DNA from: Polyangiaceae bacterium
Lineage (GTDB): Bacteria; Myxococcota_A; Polyangia; Polyangiales; Polyangiaceae
Length of the DNA: 64,000 bases
Assembly (NCBI GenBank): GCA_965222375.1
Contig: CBDCTZ010000013.1
Span: 480,001 to 544,000, forward strand
Direction of reading: 5' to 3'
The notes under the pieces were generated by a model. That model made no database searches, was not told where the DNA came from, and worked only from the letters and a program-made list of their open reading frames with translations. A program made the translations under genes and the position numbers. Every line of letters starts with the position of its first letter. Positions within the stretch are counted from its first letter, which is position 1. Shown here piece by piece: positions 45,102 through 55,254 of the stretch.

Positions 45102-46817
45102 CTAGCGAGAAGCTCGGGGTAACGTGCCTAGAGGTGGTTGCTCCGAGTCGAGGGCTTCCGGCGCCGGTCTGGAATCGACAGTTCGAGCCAATGGCTTGAG
45201 CCTCTTGGCTTCGCGTGCACCCAGCTGACCCACCCCTGCGAACAGGTGCATCCGAGGCGCGGTCGCCGCAGCGTGCATCTGGAACACTCCCAACGTGATC
45301 AGGCACGCCATGAGGATGGAAGCCGCGGCGAAAAGCGACCGCAGCCGAGAAGCCGCTCCGGGTGCCGATGGCAGCAAACCCAACGGAACCACCAACGGAG
45401 TTGCGGATGAATGACGCAGCATATCGTCGGAAGCCGTCGCGCCGCGGGGTGATCCGAACCCCGACGGAGGAATGGGCGGCCGGACCGCGCCCATGGGTGG
45501 AGGCGGCGAAGCCGCGCCCATGGGTTGTGGCGGCCCAGCAGCGCCCGTGGAGCTAAGCGGCGGAGCCGCGTGCAAGAGAACCTCGGGCCACGCCGGAATG
45601 TCGGACTGCGTCGGCGCAGGTTTGGACCCGCGCCTTGGCGGCGGCGGGCATCGAGAGCGCCGAGAACTTCGCGACTGGGCCGGGAGGGGCGGCGGCGAGG
45701 AGCGACGCGGACGCGGGGGCGGGCGTCTCGCTGGGAGCGGGGGCTCGCACTCAACGTCGCGTACGACCTCCACGCCAATCCATAGCGCAGTCGGATCCTC
45801 TTCGATCACCAGTGGCTCATCGGGACTCCGGCTGCTCAAGTTGAGGGGTGGTGGCGGCGCAACGTGTGCGGCCCCATAGTCAACGTTGCACCGCTCTTCC
45901 TCGTCGAAGAGCACCTTCATGATCTCCACTGCGCCACGAGTACCGTTGAACCCCAAGCGCGTTGCCGCGCGGCGAAACGCCTCGGATACGGCAGAAGCCG
46001 TCGCAGGTCGAGCGTCGGGGTCACGCCGCAAGCAGCGCATCACGACGTCGTGCACTGCGGCGTGCACGTTCGGCACGGCAGCACTCAGCTCTGGAATGTC
46101 ACCGCGCACAATGGCATCCACGGTGTCCGCTGAGTGCTTTCGCTTGAATAGGCGGCGCCCGGCAAGGGCTTCCCACGCGAGAACCCCCAAGGCCCAAACA
46201 TCGGCCCGTCGATCCACTTGCCGCGGGCGCGTGATCTGCTCCGGAGACAGGTAGGCGAGGGTGCCTTTGCAGGCACCGGTCGCCGTGCGGAAAGAGCGGC
46301 CTCGAGCGGCGGCAACACCGAAGTCCACGACCTTGCAGCGGCCATCGAAACCCACCAAAACGTTCTGGGGCTTCATGTCGCGGTGCACCACGTCGAGCGG
46401 TGCGTCCCCAGGTCCAACGGACTCATGAGCCGCATGCAGTCCGTCGCAGGCCTCCGCCAGAAGCCAAAGATGAAAGCCTGCTGGCAGTGGAATGTTGCGC
46501 TCTTGTGCGCGACGAAGCACATCTGCGTAGGAGCGTCCGTGGACCAACTCCAGCACCAGATACGGAAGGTCGTGCCAGGTGCCCCGCCGCAGAGCCAATG
46601 CCACATTAGGGTGGCTCACGGCGCGGCCGATCATGGCTTCGTCGTCGAAGACTTGATGCGCAGCGTCCTCCCAAAGCAGCTCCGGAAGCATGACTTTCAG
46701 CGCGACCCGAGCCCCACCTCGCTCGGCGAGGAAGACCGTGGCTGTAGATCCGGTCCCCACGACCGCCCGCAATTGGTAGTTGTCGATGCTGGCGCCCACT
46801 TGGGGCAGCTTGGCCAT
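45102..46817 (-). CDS. Ser/Thr protein kinase with Pro-rich linker and TM helix
   Basis: GTGSTATV, HRDMKPQN, DFG, YLSPEQ and DVWALG motifs. Confidence 0.9.
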   Translation of the reverse strand: MAKLPQVGASIDNYQLRAVVGTGSTATVFLAERGGARVALKVMLPELLWEDAAHQVFDDEAMIGRAVSHPNVALALRRGTWHDLPYLVLELVHGRSYADVLRRAQERNIPLPAGFHLWLLAEACDGLHAAHESVGPGDAPLDVVHRDMKPQNVLVGFDGRCKVVDFGVAAARGRSFRTATGACKGTLAYLSPEQITRPRQVDRRADVWALGVLAWEALAGRRLFKRKHSADTVDAIVRGDIPELSAAVPNVHAAVHDVVMRCLRRDPDARPATASAVSEAFRRAATRLGFNGTRGAVEIMKVLFDEEERCNVDYGAAHVAPPPPLNLSSRSPDEPLVIEEDPTALWIGVEVVRDVECEPPLPARRPPPRPRRSSPPPLPAQSRSSRRSRCPPPPRRGSKPAPTQSDIPAWPEVLLHAAPPLSSTGAAGPPQPMGAASPPPPMGAVRPPIPPSGFGSPRGATASDDMLRHSSATPLVVPLGLLPSAPGAASRLRSLFAAASILMACLITLGVFQMHAAATAPRMHLFAGVGQLGAREAKRLKPLARTVDSRPAPEALDSEQPPLGTLPRASR

Positions 46818-47012
46818 TGCGCTGCGTGCGTGGCGGTGTCGCTCGACCTGTCCATCGGTCTGTGGCGGATTCCTCCCGGCTGCTCGACTCTGCATCTCTC
46901 GACTCCTCGGTCCCTGCCGAGAGACCGTGCATGGGTCGTGCCGTTACAATATGAGCGAAATCCGGCGACTCTTGAGCCCGCGAGAGTATGCCGTGGCCGA
47001 CCGCGGTCGGGT

Positions 47013-48193
47013 TCAACGTACCAGTCGGCCAAAGGCGAAGAGCAGCCCGATGAGGACCATTGGCCCCGCAACGTAGATCGGCCGTACGGGCCCCACCGCG
47101 AACAAATCGCCGGTGAAGTGTACGTGGGCGAAATCCGCGGCCATGATCGCGACGCCGAAGAACACCCACTTGAGGGGCCCGGCCAAACGTTGCCGCACTT
47201 CATAGCCAGTCGTGGCCGCCGGAGCGACAGGTGCCGGTCGCAAGCGGGGCGGCGCTGACATGGGCGTGAGCCCGACCCCATCGAGTTCCAGGGGGATGCT
47301 TTCGGCACTACTTCGAGCCGGACGCGAATTGGACGTCGCGGCGACCCCACGGGAGATCTGGGATTGCAACGCTCGGCGGCGCGGCGGGGGGGGGTTCTAG
47401 CTCCAACTCCGGCACGCCGGCGGCAGTCTCGGCCGCGCGATCCACCGAGCCCGCCGGCCGCGTGTGGCTCAGTGGATCCGGAGGCGCCGAGACGGCTGGA
47501 TTCAAGTTGCCTTCGAGGCGCGGATCGTGGGCGGGCGGTGGAATGGACAGCCCCGTTGCATCCAGGCCCGCCGCTTGGGATAGCTCGCGCCAGAACTCGC
47601 CGATATCCCGCTGGCGCTCCCCGGGCTCAATGCTGAGCGCACGGGAAAAGACTGCTTCGACTGCATCCGTCACCTCCACGCCCTCGGTCCGAGGCGTCGG
47701 CCTCCGTTCAGGATCGATCACGGCACCAAGAATTGCAGTCGCATCGCCGTCCATGGGCGGGCAACCTGCGAGCACTTCGACGAGCGTGATCGCGAAGCCC
47801 CACACGTCCGTCCAAGGCCCAGTTTGTCCGAAGCGTTTCGGCAGCCACTGCTCCGGTGCGGCATAGGCGGGCGTGAAAACCTGAATCCCACCGTCGCTCA
47901 TGGACTGCTGCCCGACCATCTGGGTCGCCGCGCTCTTCACTTTGCCGATCCCGAAGTCCGAGACCTTGCAGGTCAGCTGGCCGTGAATCCTCTCGAAACC
48001 GCTCCAGGAATTGTTGCTTCTGGTCCGAGGTCAGCGCCACCGGCACCTTCAAGCATTTGAGGGCGACCTTGGCTCGAAAGGACGTGTGGTGCGCACGGTA
48101 GACGACGGCGAAGCCACCTTCCCCCACGACGTCTTCGACGACGTAGGCGCCCGCCTGAGTCGTGTCGATGATACCGAACACGTCTTTCGCCAT
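47013..48193 (-). pseudogene. Disrupted Ser/Thr kinase (internal deletion plus homopolymer frameshift)
   Basis: GEGGFAVVY...ERFRE jumps out of frame to TCKVSDFGIG near 47990 and the HRD loop is absent. A second shift at the G9 tract (47386-47394) separates the TM tail. Confidence 0.8.
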
Positions 48194-48271
48194 CTGGCAT
48201 CGAGCCTAAATCAGGGAGCGCGATCCTCAAAGTGCCGCCGCCCTCGGCCTTCGACTATGCTCCGGGGCGAG

Positions 48272-49945
48272 ATGATCGAGCTACCTGCCGGACGCATTTC
48301 TGGATCGTTACTCAAAGCATTGGTCAGGTCCGTGCGTAGAACGCCCGCGCGACACGTCGTCGCGCGAGTCCTGCGAATGCAGTTGGGCATAGAAGCGTTG
48401 AAAGGGCTGGACCCGGAACTGCGCGGCCCCTTGCTTGGCTCGACCCGCCCGCTGCGCGCGCGGCAAAGCCATGAGCGGCCGACTCAATCCTTGGCGCTGC
48501 CCGTGACCCAAGCTTGGCCGCGCTCCGTGCGCAGCTATGCCCAAGCCTACCGCGAGGGCGAGCTCACGGCGGAAGAAGTCGTGGAGCACTCTCTAGCCGG
48601 CGCCCGTTTCCTCGCGGCGCGCACCCCCAGTGTGGGTCCCATCCTGGACTTCGACGACGAACGCGCGCTGGACGCAGCGCGCCGGTCTATGGATCGGTTG
48701 GCAAGGGGCGAAGCGTTGGGAGCACTGGATGGAGTGCCCATCGCCATCAAGGAGGAAGTCCTTGTCGCGGGCCTGCCTTGCCAGGTCGGCACGCGCCACA
48801 TTGCGCGCACCCCGGCCGAACAAGATTGCGCCGCCGTTCGTCGGTTGCGGGAGGCAGGGGCGATCATCGTCGGCACAACGCCGATGACCGAGTACGGCAT
48901 GTCCCCTTTGGGGGGGAACACTCACCGCATCATGCCGCGCAATCCCCATGACGTGACGCACCTGCCGGGCGGCAGCTCCAGCGGCAGTGGCGTCGCAGTC
49001 GCCACAGGCGTGGTGCCCGTGGCCCTCGGTGCGGACGGAGGCGGCTCGATCCGCATCCCGGCTTGCTTCAACGGAGTTTTTGGAATCAAGCCAACTTTTG
49101 GCCGGGTCCCAGCGACGGGTCACGGAATGTCAAGCGGCAGCAGCGTCGTGCACCTTGGACCGCTGGGCACAAGCTGCCACGATCTCGCTGTATTCCTCGA
49201 AGCTTGCGCTGGCTACGACGTGGGCGACGGGGATAGTGAGCAGCCAGCGCCCGCGGCGAGCGAGTTTTCTGCCGCCCTTGGTCGCGGTGTCTCGGGCCTC
49301 CGGATTGGAGTGGTGGAAAGCGAGTGGTCCGCCTGTGAACCCTCCGTCGCCCGACCGGCACGCGAAGCGCTGGCAGCGCTGGAGCGCGACGGCGCGGTTG
49401 TCGAACCAGTGAACCTGCCATTGGCTCAATCAGCGGCTGCCATTGGCTACCTCACGATCGGCTTGGAGACGCTCTCGGCGCTGACGGACGTGCGACGCAC
49501 CCAGATGGACGAACTTGGCCTCGACCTGCAGATGCTGCTGGCCAACCTGGAGACCTTTCGCGCTGACGACTACCTGTACGCACAGCGCCTTCGGACCACG
49601 CTACGCAGGCATGTCGCGGACTTGCTGAAACAAGTGGATGTGTTGGCCCTGCCCACCACCGCGATCTCCGCTCCAGAGATCAGTGACGCCGACGCCAAGG
49701 AAGGGTTCGTCGACCCCCCTGCCCTCGACGGAGCTTGCCGTTACGCCTTCCTGGGGAACCTGACGGGCTACCCTGCCGGCACGGCACCCGTGGGCATGGA
49801 TGAAAAAGGTCTGCCTGTGGGCTTGCAGATCTTGGGAGATGCCTACGACGAAGCCTGCGTGCTCCAAGTACTCTGTCACCTTGAGCGAATCGAGGTCGCT
49901 CGCTGTCGCCGACCTGCAATCAGCGTAGACCTCTTCGAAAGCTGA
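48272..49945 (+). CDS. Amidase-signature family enzyme (fatty acid amide hydrolase-like)
   Basis: GVPIAIKE, PGGSSSGS and GADGGGSIRIPA motifs. Confidence 0.92.
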   Translation: MIELPAGRISGSLLKALVRSVRRTPARHVVARVLRMQLGIEALKGLDPELRGPLLGSTRPLRARQSHERPTQSLALPVTQAWPRSVRSYAQAYREGELTAEEVVEHSLAGARFLAARTPSVGPILDFDDERALDAARRSMDRLARGEALGALDGVPIAIKEEVLVAGLPCQVGTRHIARTPAEQDCAAVRRLREAGAIIVGTTPMTEYGMSPLGGNTHRIMPRNPHDVTHLPGGSSSGSGVAVATGVVPVALGADGGGSIRIPACFNGVFGIKPTFGRVPATGHGMSSGSSVVHLGPLGTSCHDLAVFLEACAGYDVGDGDSEQPAPAASEFSAALGRGVSGLRIGVVESEWSACEPSVARPAREALAALERDGAVVEPVNLPLAQSAAAIGYLTIGLETLSALTDVRRTQMDELGLDLQMLLANLETFRADDYLYAQRLRTTLRRHVADLLKQVDVLALPTTAISAPEISDADAKEGFVDPPALDGACRYAFLGNLTGYPAGTAPVGMDEKGLPVGLQILGDAYDEACVLQVLCHLERIEVARCRRPAISVDLFES

Positions 49946-49948
49946 TCC

Positions 49949-50260
49949 TCAGAGTTCTCCGGCCTTCGCCTTGACGACCCACTTCTTGATTTCTTCTTCG
50001 ATCACGCCCAGGGCCTTGCCCTTGAAGGGTCGAAGGATGAAGGGCACGTCGAGGTCCATGTCGATGTCAGACTCCTTGACCTCCAAGGACCCGTTTAGAG
50101 AGATCCCTTTGGCCCGGAACGAAATGTCAGCCCGGTCGTCGGTTACCCAGTTCGCCTTGGGTTCGTAGTGAGCGAATCGCTCTTGGTAGCTTTCGAACGC
50201 CTTGAGCGCGACCTCTTTGGCTTTCTCTTTTCCGAGGCCGTGGTGAACCGAATGCTTCAT
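49949..50260 (-). CDS. Polyhydroxyalkanoic acid system family protein
   Basis: H.LG.E.A...A N-terminus, W...F...G, and PF..PFKG...IEEEI pattern. Confidence 0.75.
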   Translation of the reverse strand: MKHSVHHGLGKEKAKEVALKAFESYQERFAHYEPKANWVTDDRADISFRAKGISLNGSLEVKESDIDMDLDVPFILRPFKGKALGVIEEEIKKWVVKAKAGEL

Positions 50261-50306
50261 TCGTCATTCCCTTCAGTGTTTGGGGCGCTGGCCCGTGGCC
50301 TCGCTT

Positions 50307-51272
50307 TTAGTCGGAGGCGGGAGCTTGCGCCAGCCCCAGCGTGGAAAACGCCTTCTCCAAGCGCGCCGAGCGCGCCCGCTCGGCCACGGAAAGCAAGGGC
50401 AGATCCCGCTTCCAGCGCTGCTGTTCCGCTTGGGCCAAGCGCGAAAACGCCCGCTCCAGAGGCTCGAGCTGCTGGCGAAACTGACGCAGGACGCCCGCGA
50501 GAGCCAGGTGGGTGGTCGGCAGCGCGGGTGAAAGCGCTGCGACCTGGAGCGCCGACGCCAAACAGGCCGCTAGCCCCTCAAGGCCCTCTGCGCCCGAATC
50601 CCCACGTCGAGCAACGCTCACCAGGTAGCCCAGGGCGCTGAGGGTGACGAAGGTATCCTCCACGGTTCTGAAGGGCCGCACATGATCCGCCCACCCGTCC
50701 CCATCGAGTACCGCAGCCCCATCCAGCCGCACGTCGCTGAGCTGCATTCGGTAGTGAGGGATCTCGGGCGCAAACGGCGTCGTGGGCAGCTCCTCCAGAC
50801 TGACACCAGCTGCCCTCGTTGGAACACGAACCACTCGCAGTAGTTTGCGCTCCGCGGTGCTCGCTTCGTCGGCCGCCAGCACCAACACCTCCGAGCACAG
50901 AGCGGCGAGGGTCACGAAACTCTTGGTCCCGTTGAGCAGCGCGTCGCCGGCATGCCAGCGGAGCGTCGTCTCGATGGCACGTGGGTGCACGCCGCCGCTC
51001 TCCGTCGCAGCCAGTGCCGTCATGCCCTCGGCGTGGGGTAGCAGCTTGCGCAGAGCCGCGGCGTACCCACACACGAACGCAAGTCCCAGGCGATCTGCAA
51101 AGTACCCGCCTAGGGTTGCCAGTTCCTCGGGACTGGCATCGGGCACCCGAGAGCTGACTTCAGCGAAGAACCCATCCGGCGTCGCGGTGGGTTGAGACGG
51201 AAGTGGCAATGCAAACACGGACCATATGCGCTCAGTCACGAACTCAGGCTGCCACGACACCGCCCGCCCCAA
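50307..51272 (-). CDS. Acyl-CoA dehydrogenase-like protein
   Basis: ATESGG.HPR, LNGTKSFVT and FAPEIPH..VRPFRTVED motifs. Start uncertain. Confidence 0.75.
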   Translation of the reverse strand: MGRAVSWQPEFVTERIWSVFALPLPSQPTATPDGFFAEVSSRVPDASPEELATLGGYFADRLGLAFVCGYAAALRKLLPHAEGMTALAATESGGVHPRAIETTLRWHAGDALLNGTKSFVTLAALCSEVLVLAADEASTAERKLLRVVRVPTRAAGVSLEELPTTPFAPEIPHYRMQLSDVRLDGAAVLDGDGWADHVRPFRTVEDTFVTLSALGYLVSVARRGDSGAEGLEGLAACLASALQVAALSPALPTTHLALAGVLRQFRQQLEPLERAFSRLAQAEQQRWKRDLPLLSVAERARSARLEKAFSTLGLAQAPASD

Positions 51273-51329
51273 AAGGGTCCCTCGGAAGGTCGCACGCTCG
51301 GCCTCGCTTTGAGCACTCTCCCCCGCGGC

Positions 51330-51373
51330 AAATCACAAAAACGCGGCGCGAGCCGACAAAGCTCGCGCCGCGT
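51330..51373 (-). terminator. Intrinsic terminator-like hairpin
   Basis: Perfect 13-bp stem ACGCGGCGCGAGC/GCTCGCGCCGCGT, followed on the minus strand by TTTTGTGATTT. Confidence 0.7.
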
Positions 51374-51557
51374 CCCCCCCTCGAATCCCGGGTCATCCCA
51401 GGCGGGTGATTCACACGCTATCCGACAGCGCCCGCCGTTGACAACGCGGCCCCCGTGCCGCCCTTGTCCTGGATTTCTGGGGCCCTTTCGCCGCTGCCGC
51501 CGGCGTTGGCTGCCCCTGTCATGCGTGGAAACGACCTCGAATGCTAGATTCCACCAC

Positions 51558-51908
51558 GTGGCCCTCGCAGCAGTCAGCCGCTCGAAAAAGCTCGTCGGTT
51601 TGCTGGTGGGCTTCGCAGCTCTTCCGCTACTCACAGGGGGTAGCTTGGCAGCCTACGCTCGCTATCCGTTGCGTACAGCCGACCGCAATACTCGCAAGGT
51701 ATGCGATAGCGCTAGTGTCGGCGGCCCCACCAGTGGTCTCAAAGAACGCGGCGCCAGCCTCGGGTTGCGGGTCTCCGAGCTGCCTGCGGACAGCGAACAC
51801 GATGCTCGGCTGGTGTTCATCGGCGGCTTTGCCATGGCACGGTACTTCTGTGAAGTTTCCCACGCCGGCGGGCGCGTTGTCTCTAAACAGCGAACCTTCT
51901 TGGACTGA
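51558..51908 (+). CDS. Small membrane hypothetical protein
   Basis: GTG start, TM segment, C...G.AMARYFCEV.H.GGRV; ends 2 nt before the next gene. Confidence 0.5.
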   Translation: MALAAVSRSKKLVGLLVGFAALPLLTGGSLAAYARYPLRTADRNTRKVCDSASVGGPTSGLKERGASLGLRVSELPADSEHDARLVFIGGFAMARYFCEVSHAGGRVVSKQRTFLD

Positions 51909-51910
51909 AC

Positions 51911-53668
51911 GTGACTGAAAATCCCCACCTTATCGAATCCATTCGAGCCTCCATCATCGGTGACGACCAGGTCTTGGAGGGTCCCTTTGGTCCGCGGAGA
52001 GTCACCTACGCCGACTACACCGCAAGTGGGCGAGCCTTGAGCTTCATCGAAGCGTTCATCCAAACGGAGGTGCTACCGCGTTACGCCAACACCCACACAC
52101 AGTCCTCGACGACGGGACTACAGACGTCCCGGTTCCGGGAGGACGCGCGCCAGGTGATCCGTGATGCCGTCGGCGCCGACGAGCGTGACGTGGTCCTGTT
52201 CTGCGGTTCTGGCGCAACGGCAGCAATCGACAAACTGATCGGGGTCATGAACCTGCGGCTGCCCAAGGACTTGGACGAGCGTTACCACCTGAGTGACCAG
52301 ATCCCCGCGGAAGAGCGGCCGGTCGTGTTCATCGGGCCTTACGAACATCACTCCAATGAACTGCCTTGGCGCGAGTCCATTTGCGACGTCGTCACCATCG
52401 ACGAAGACCCGGACGGGCGCATCGACTTGGCGATGCTGGAAGCCGAACTACGGCGCTTCGGCGATCGTCCCCTCAAGATTGGCAGCTTCTCGGCGGCGTC
52501 GAACGTCACGGGCATCGGCTCAAACACTCGAGAGATCGCATCACTGCTTCACTCCCACGGTGCGCTGTCGTTCTGGGATTTCGCCGCGGCCGGACCCTAT
52601 GTGAAAATCGAAATGAACATGTCCGACGCACAGCCGGACGGTCACCTGATCTACAAGGACGCGATCTTCCTCTCACCCCACAAGATGATTGGGGGCCCAG
52701 GCACACCCGGCGTGCTGGTTGCGAAACGCAAACTGTTTCGGAATCGAGTGCCTACGGTACCGGGTGGCGGCACCGTCGCCTACGTCAACAACAAGGCGCA
52801 CCGCTACCTCGAAGATCCCGAGCAGCGCGAGGAGGGAGGCACGCCGGACATCGTAGGTTCCATTCGGGCGGGACTAGTTTTTCAGCTCAAAGACGCGGTC
52901 GGCATCGAGAACATCAAGCGCCTGGAACGGGACTTCATCGTGCGAGCCATCGCCGAGTGGGAAAAGAACGAAAACATCGAGATCCTCGGCAGCAATACCC
53001 TGTGGCGATTGTCCATCGTGTCTTTTGTGGTTCGCCACGGCGACGGCTACCTACATCATAACTTCATCGCGGCCGTGCTCAACGACCTTTTTGGAATCCA
53101 GGCTCGCTCCGGCTGCTCCTGCGCTGGGCCCTATGGCCACCGCTTGCTCGGAATCGACCTGCCAACGAGCAAAGAGTTCGAGCGCGAGATCCTCGTGGGC
53201 TGTGAAGGCATCAAGCCCGGCTGGGTTCGCGTGAACTTCAACTACTTCATTTCCGAGTCTGCGTTTCAGTTCATCGTTCGGGCTGTGGATTTGATCGCCA
53301 CCCACGGTTACAAACTGCTCCCCCTTTATACCTTCGACCGACAGAGTGGGAAGTGGCGCCACCGAAGTGGGCGAGCGGACCGGACGTTGCGGCTGCAGGA
53401 TCTGTCCTACGTGGATGGCAAGTTGCAGTACCGTTCACGCCACGCCACAGAACCCGAATACGTTCTGGAGGAGTACCTCACTCAGGCCGAAGCGCTGTTC
53501 GAAGACGTGCTGACACAAGCCCGGACGATGCAGGTGGAAGAGACGCCTCTTTCGTCCGACTTCGAGCACCTGCGCTGGTTTCCACTGCCCGACGAAATCC
53601 TGAGCGAATTGAGCGGAGCCGCGCCGCGCGCTCGCGAGACCTCCCCCTTGCAGCCCCGCAAGGCGTGA
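51911..53668 (+). CDS. Class V PLP-dependent aminotransferase / cysteine desulfurase-like enzyme
   Basis: YADYTASGR, EHHSNELPW, SAASNVTG, LSPHK and ARSGCSCAGPY motifs. Confidence 0.92.
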   Translation: MTENPHLIESIRASIIGDDQVLEGPFGPRRVTYADYTASGRALSFIEAFIQTEVLPRYANTHTQSSTTGLQTSRFREDARQVIRDAVGADERDVVLFCGSGATAAIDKLIGVMNLRLPKDLDERYHLSDQIPAEERPVVFIGPYEHHSNELPWRESICDVVTIDEDPDGRIDLAMLEAELRRFGDRPLKIGSFSAASNVTGIGSNTREIASLLHSHGALSFWDFAAAGPYVKIEMNMSDAQPDGHLIYKDAIFLSPHKMIGGPGTPGVLVAKRKLFRNRVPTVPGGGTVAYVNNKAHRYLEDPEQREEGGTPDIVGSIRAGLVFQLKDAVGIENIKRLERDFIVRAIAEWEKNENIEILGSNTLWRLSIVSFVVRHGDGYLHHNFIAAVLNDLFGIQARSGCSCAGPYGHRLLGIDLPTSKEFEREILVGCEGIKPGWVRVNFNYFISESAFQFIVRAVDLIATHGYKLLPLYTFDRQSGKWRHRSGRADRTLRLQDLSYVDGKLQYRSRHATEPEYVLEEYLTQAEALFEDVLTQARTMQVEETPLSSDFEHLRWFPLPDEILSELSGAAPRARETSPLQPRKA

Positions 53669-53682
53669 GTCAGCGAACCGAC

Positions 53683-54405
53683 TCAACTCAGAACGCCACC
53701 GAAGACGCCGCCCAGGCCCCGAGCGGCGGCGTCCACACTGGCCTTGTGTACCATCTCCGCGATGGTCGTGTTGAGCACTTGGCGAGCTTCGCGCCAGGTC
53801 AGTTCTCGAAGATCCTTGGTGAGGAACGTCTTCAAATCTGCGTCTTTTACGAACGCAGAGCGAATCATCGTCAGCTGCTTTTTCTGCACGCTCCCACATA
53901 GGGTCACCGCGAGGTCGAGCAGCAGCCTGTGGGGCACCAAGATGACTTCGCGGTTCTTGGCGTAGTGGGGAATGCTGTGGCGCCGCTTCATGTACTGTTC
54001 GACCTCGGCGCGATCGCTGGGGTGTTCCAACAGCAGGGGAATGAGGCCGTCACCGCGCCAGGCTCGCTTGGTTTCCGCGAGCACGGTAGCGAGGGCGTCC
54101 GGAGACAGCAGCTCTTTGAGCGTGTCCCGAAGGTGCTCCTTGATTTCGTTTTCTTCGGCCCAGCGCGCCCAGGCATCGCGACGCAGCGCCGCCACCTTCC
54201 TGCCCGTCAGGCGCAGCTTCTTGGCGACATCATGATTCGATGCCGCGGAGCTAACCAGTTCGCAGAGCTCCAGTTCGTAGAACAGGAGCAGTTCCACGTC
54301 CCGCTTGCTCAGGCTCTGGAAACCGTGGGCCAGGTACTTGGTCAAGAAGCGTCGAGCAAATAGCTCCAGCTCCGGTTCTTCGGCTTTCGACACGAGTCGG
54401 CTCAT
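53683..54405 (-). CDS. Hypothetical protein (N-terminal HTH-like segment)
   Basis: GFQSLSKRDVELLLF...SNHDVAKKLRLT; coherent ORF. Confidence 0.6.
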   Translation of the reverse strand: MSRLVSKAEEPELELFARRFLTKYLAHGFQSLSKRDVELLLFYELELCELVSSAASNHDVAKKLRLTGRKVAALRRDAWARWAEENEIKEHLRDTLKELLSPDALATVLAETKRAWRGDGLIPLLLEHPSDRAEVEQYMKRRHSIPHYAKNREVILVPHRLLLDLAVTLCGSVQKKQLTMIRSAFVKDADLKTFLTKDLRELTWREARQVLNTTIAEMVHKASVDAAARGLGGVFGGVLS

Positions 54406-54468
54406 TCGTCCCGAAGCGCAATTGAACAAGCCCGGCGGCGCGCCGCAACCCAAAGCTTGGGCGAAGGG

Positions 54469-55179
54469 CTAGAGAGCGTCCAGAACCGGATAGACGCCGG
54501 AAAGGCCGTAAATCCTGTGCAAGACCTTCATGCTGGATAGATCCACGACGAAGGTCGTTTCTCGGGGCGCCAACTGCTGAACGATGCGCATGCCAACTCC
54601 GGGTGGATCGATCAATGTCGTATAGCTGATGTCCCCAGCGATGATCCACGGGTCGAGGTGCGTGGTCTCTGCCTGAACAGAATGGCTGCCGCCTTCTGCA
54701 AGCAGCTCGACGAAGATCATCTTGTCAGCATAGGTCGGGTACTTGAGGGCCAGATCACGGGCCGCTGCCTTGCAAGATCCTCAGGTGAACCCCGAGATGT
54801 GAATCACCGCGACCGGTTTGGGTGCCGCGGCTCGCAGATCCGCCAACGTGACCGGCTGGAGTGGGGCCGCGTTAGCCAGGCCGGTCGTGTCGTGGCGCAC
54901 GTAGCCGAGCATCTCGATGTTGGGTAGGACGTTGCCGACTTGGTTGCCGTAGGGCCCCGCTGGGTACGTCGATGTACCTCCAGCACCCACGCCGGAATCC
55001 GGCGCCGCGTCACTGCCCGCATCCATGGCCACGGTGCCCCCTGCCCCGGTGCCTTGGCCACCCGTCGCCGCCCCCGCTGCACTGCCGCCGGAGCCGCCCG
55101 CGGCAGCGCTGTTGCCCCCGCTACCGGAGTCTCCACAACCAATGATGAGCACCGCGAGAGCGGCAAACGAACCTCGCAT
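54469..55179 (-). CDS. Thioredoxin-fold lipoprotein, probable selenoprotein (U-G-S-C)
   Basis: In-frame TGA at 54781-54783 within HISGFT-U-GSCKAAA. The frame continues to APRETTFVVD; lipobox IIGC; YPAGPYG..VG motif. Confidence 0.85.
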
Positions 55180-55254
55180 CCGGGCAGCCTAGCATCCAAA
55201 ACCACCAAAGGTCGGGAACAACTGAAGGCTTTCGCTGTCTCGCAATTCGTCGCC

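Noticed and set aside
51380..51400. TCGAATCCC...CCA as a tRNA 3' end
   Set aside because: No GTTC T-loop context and no cloverleaf upstream.
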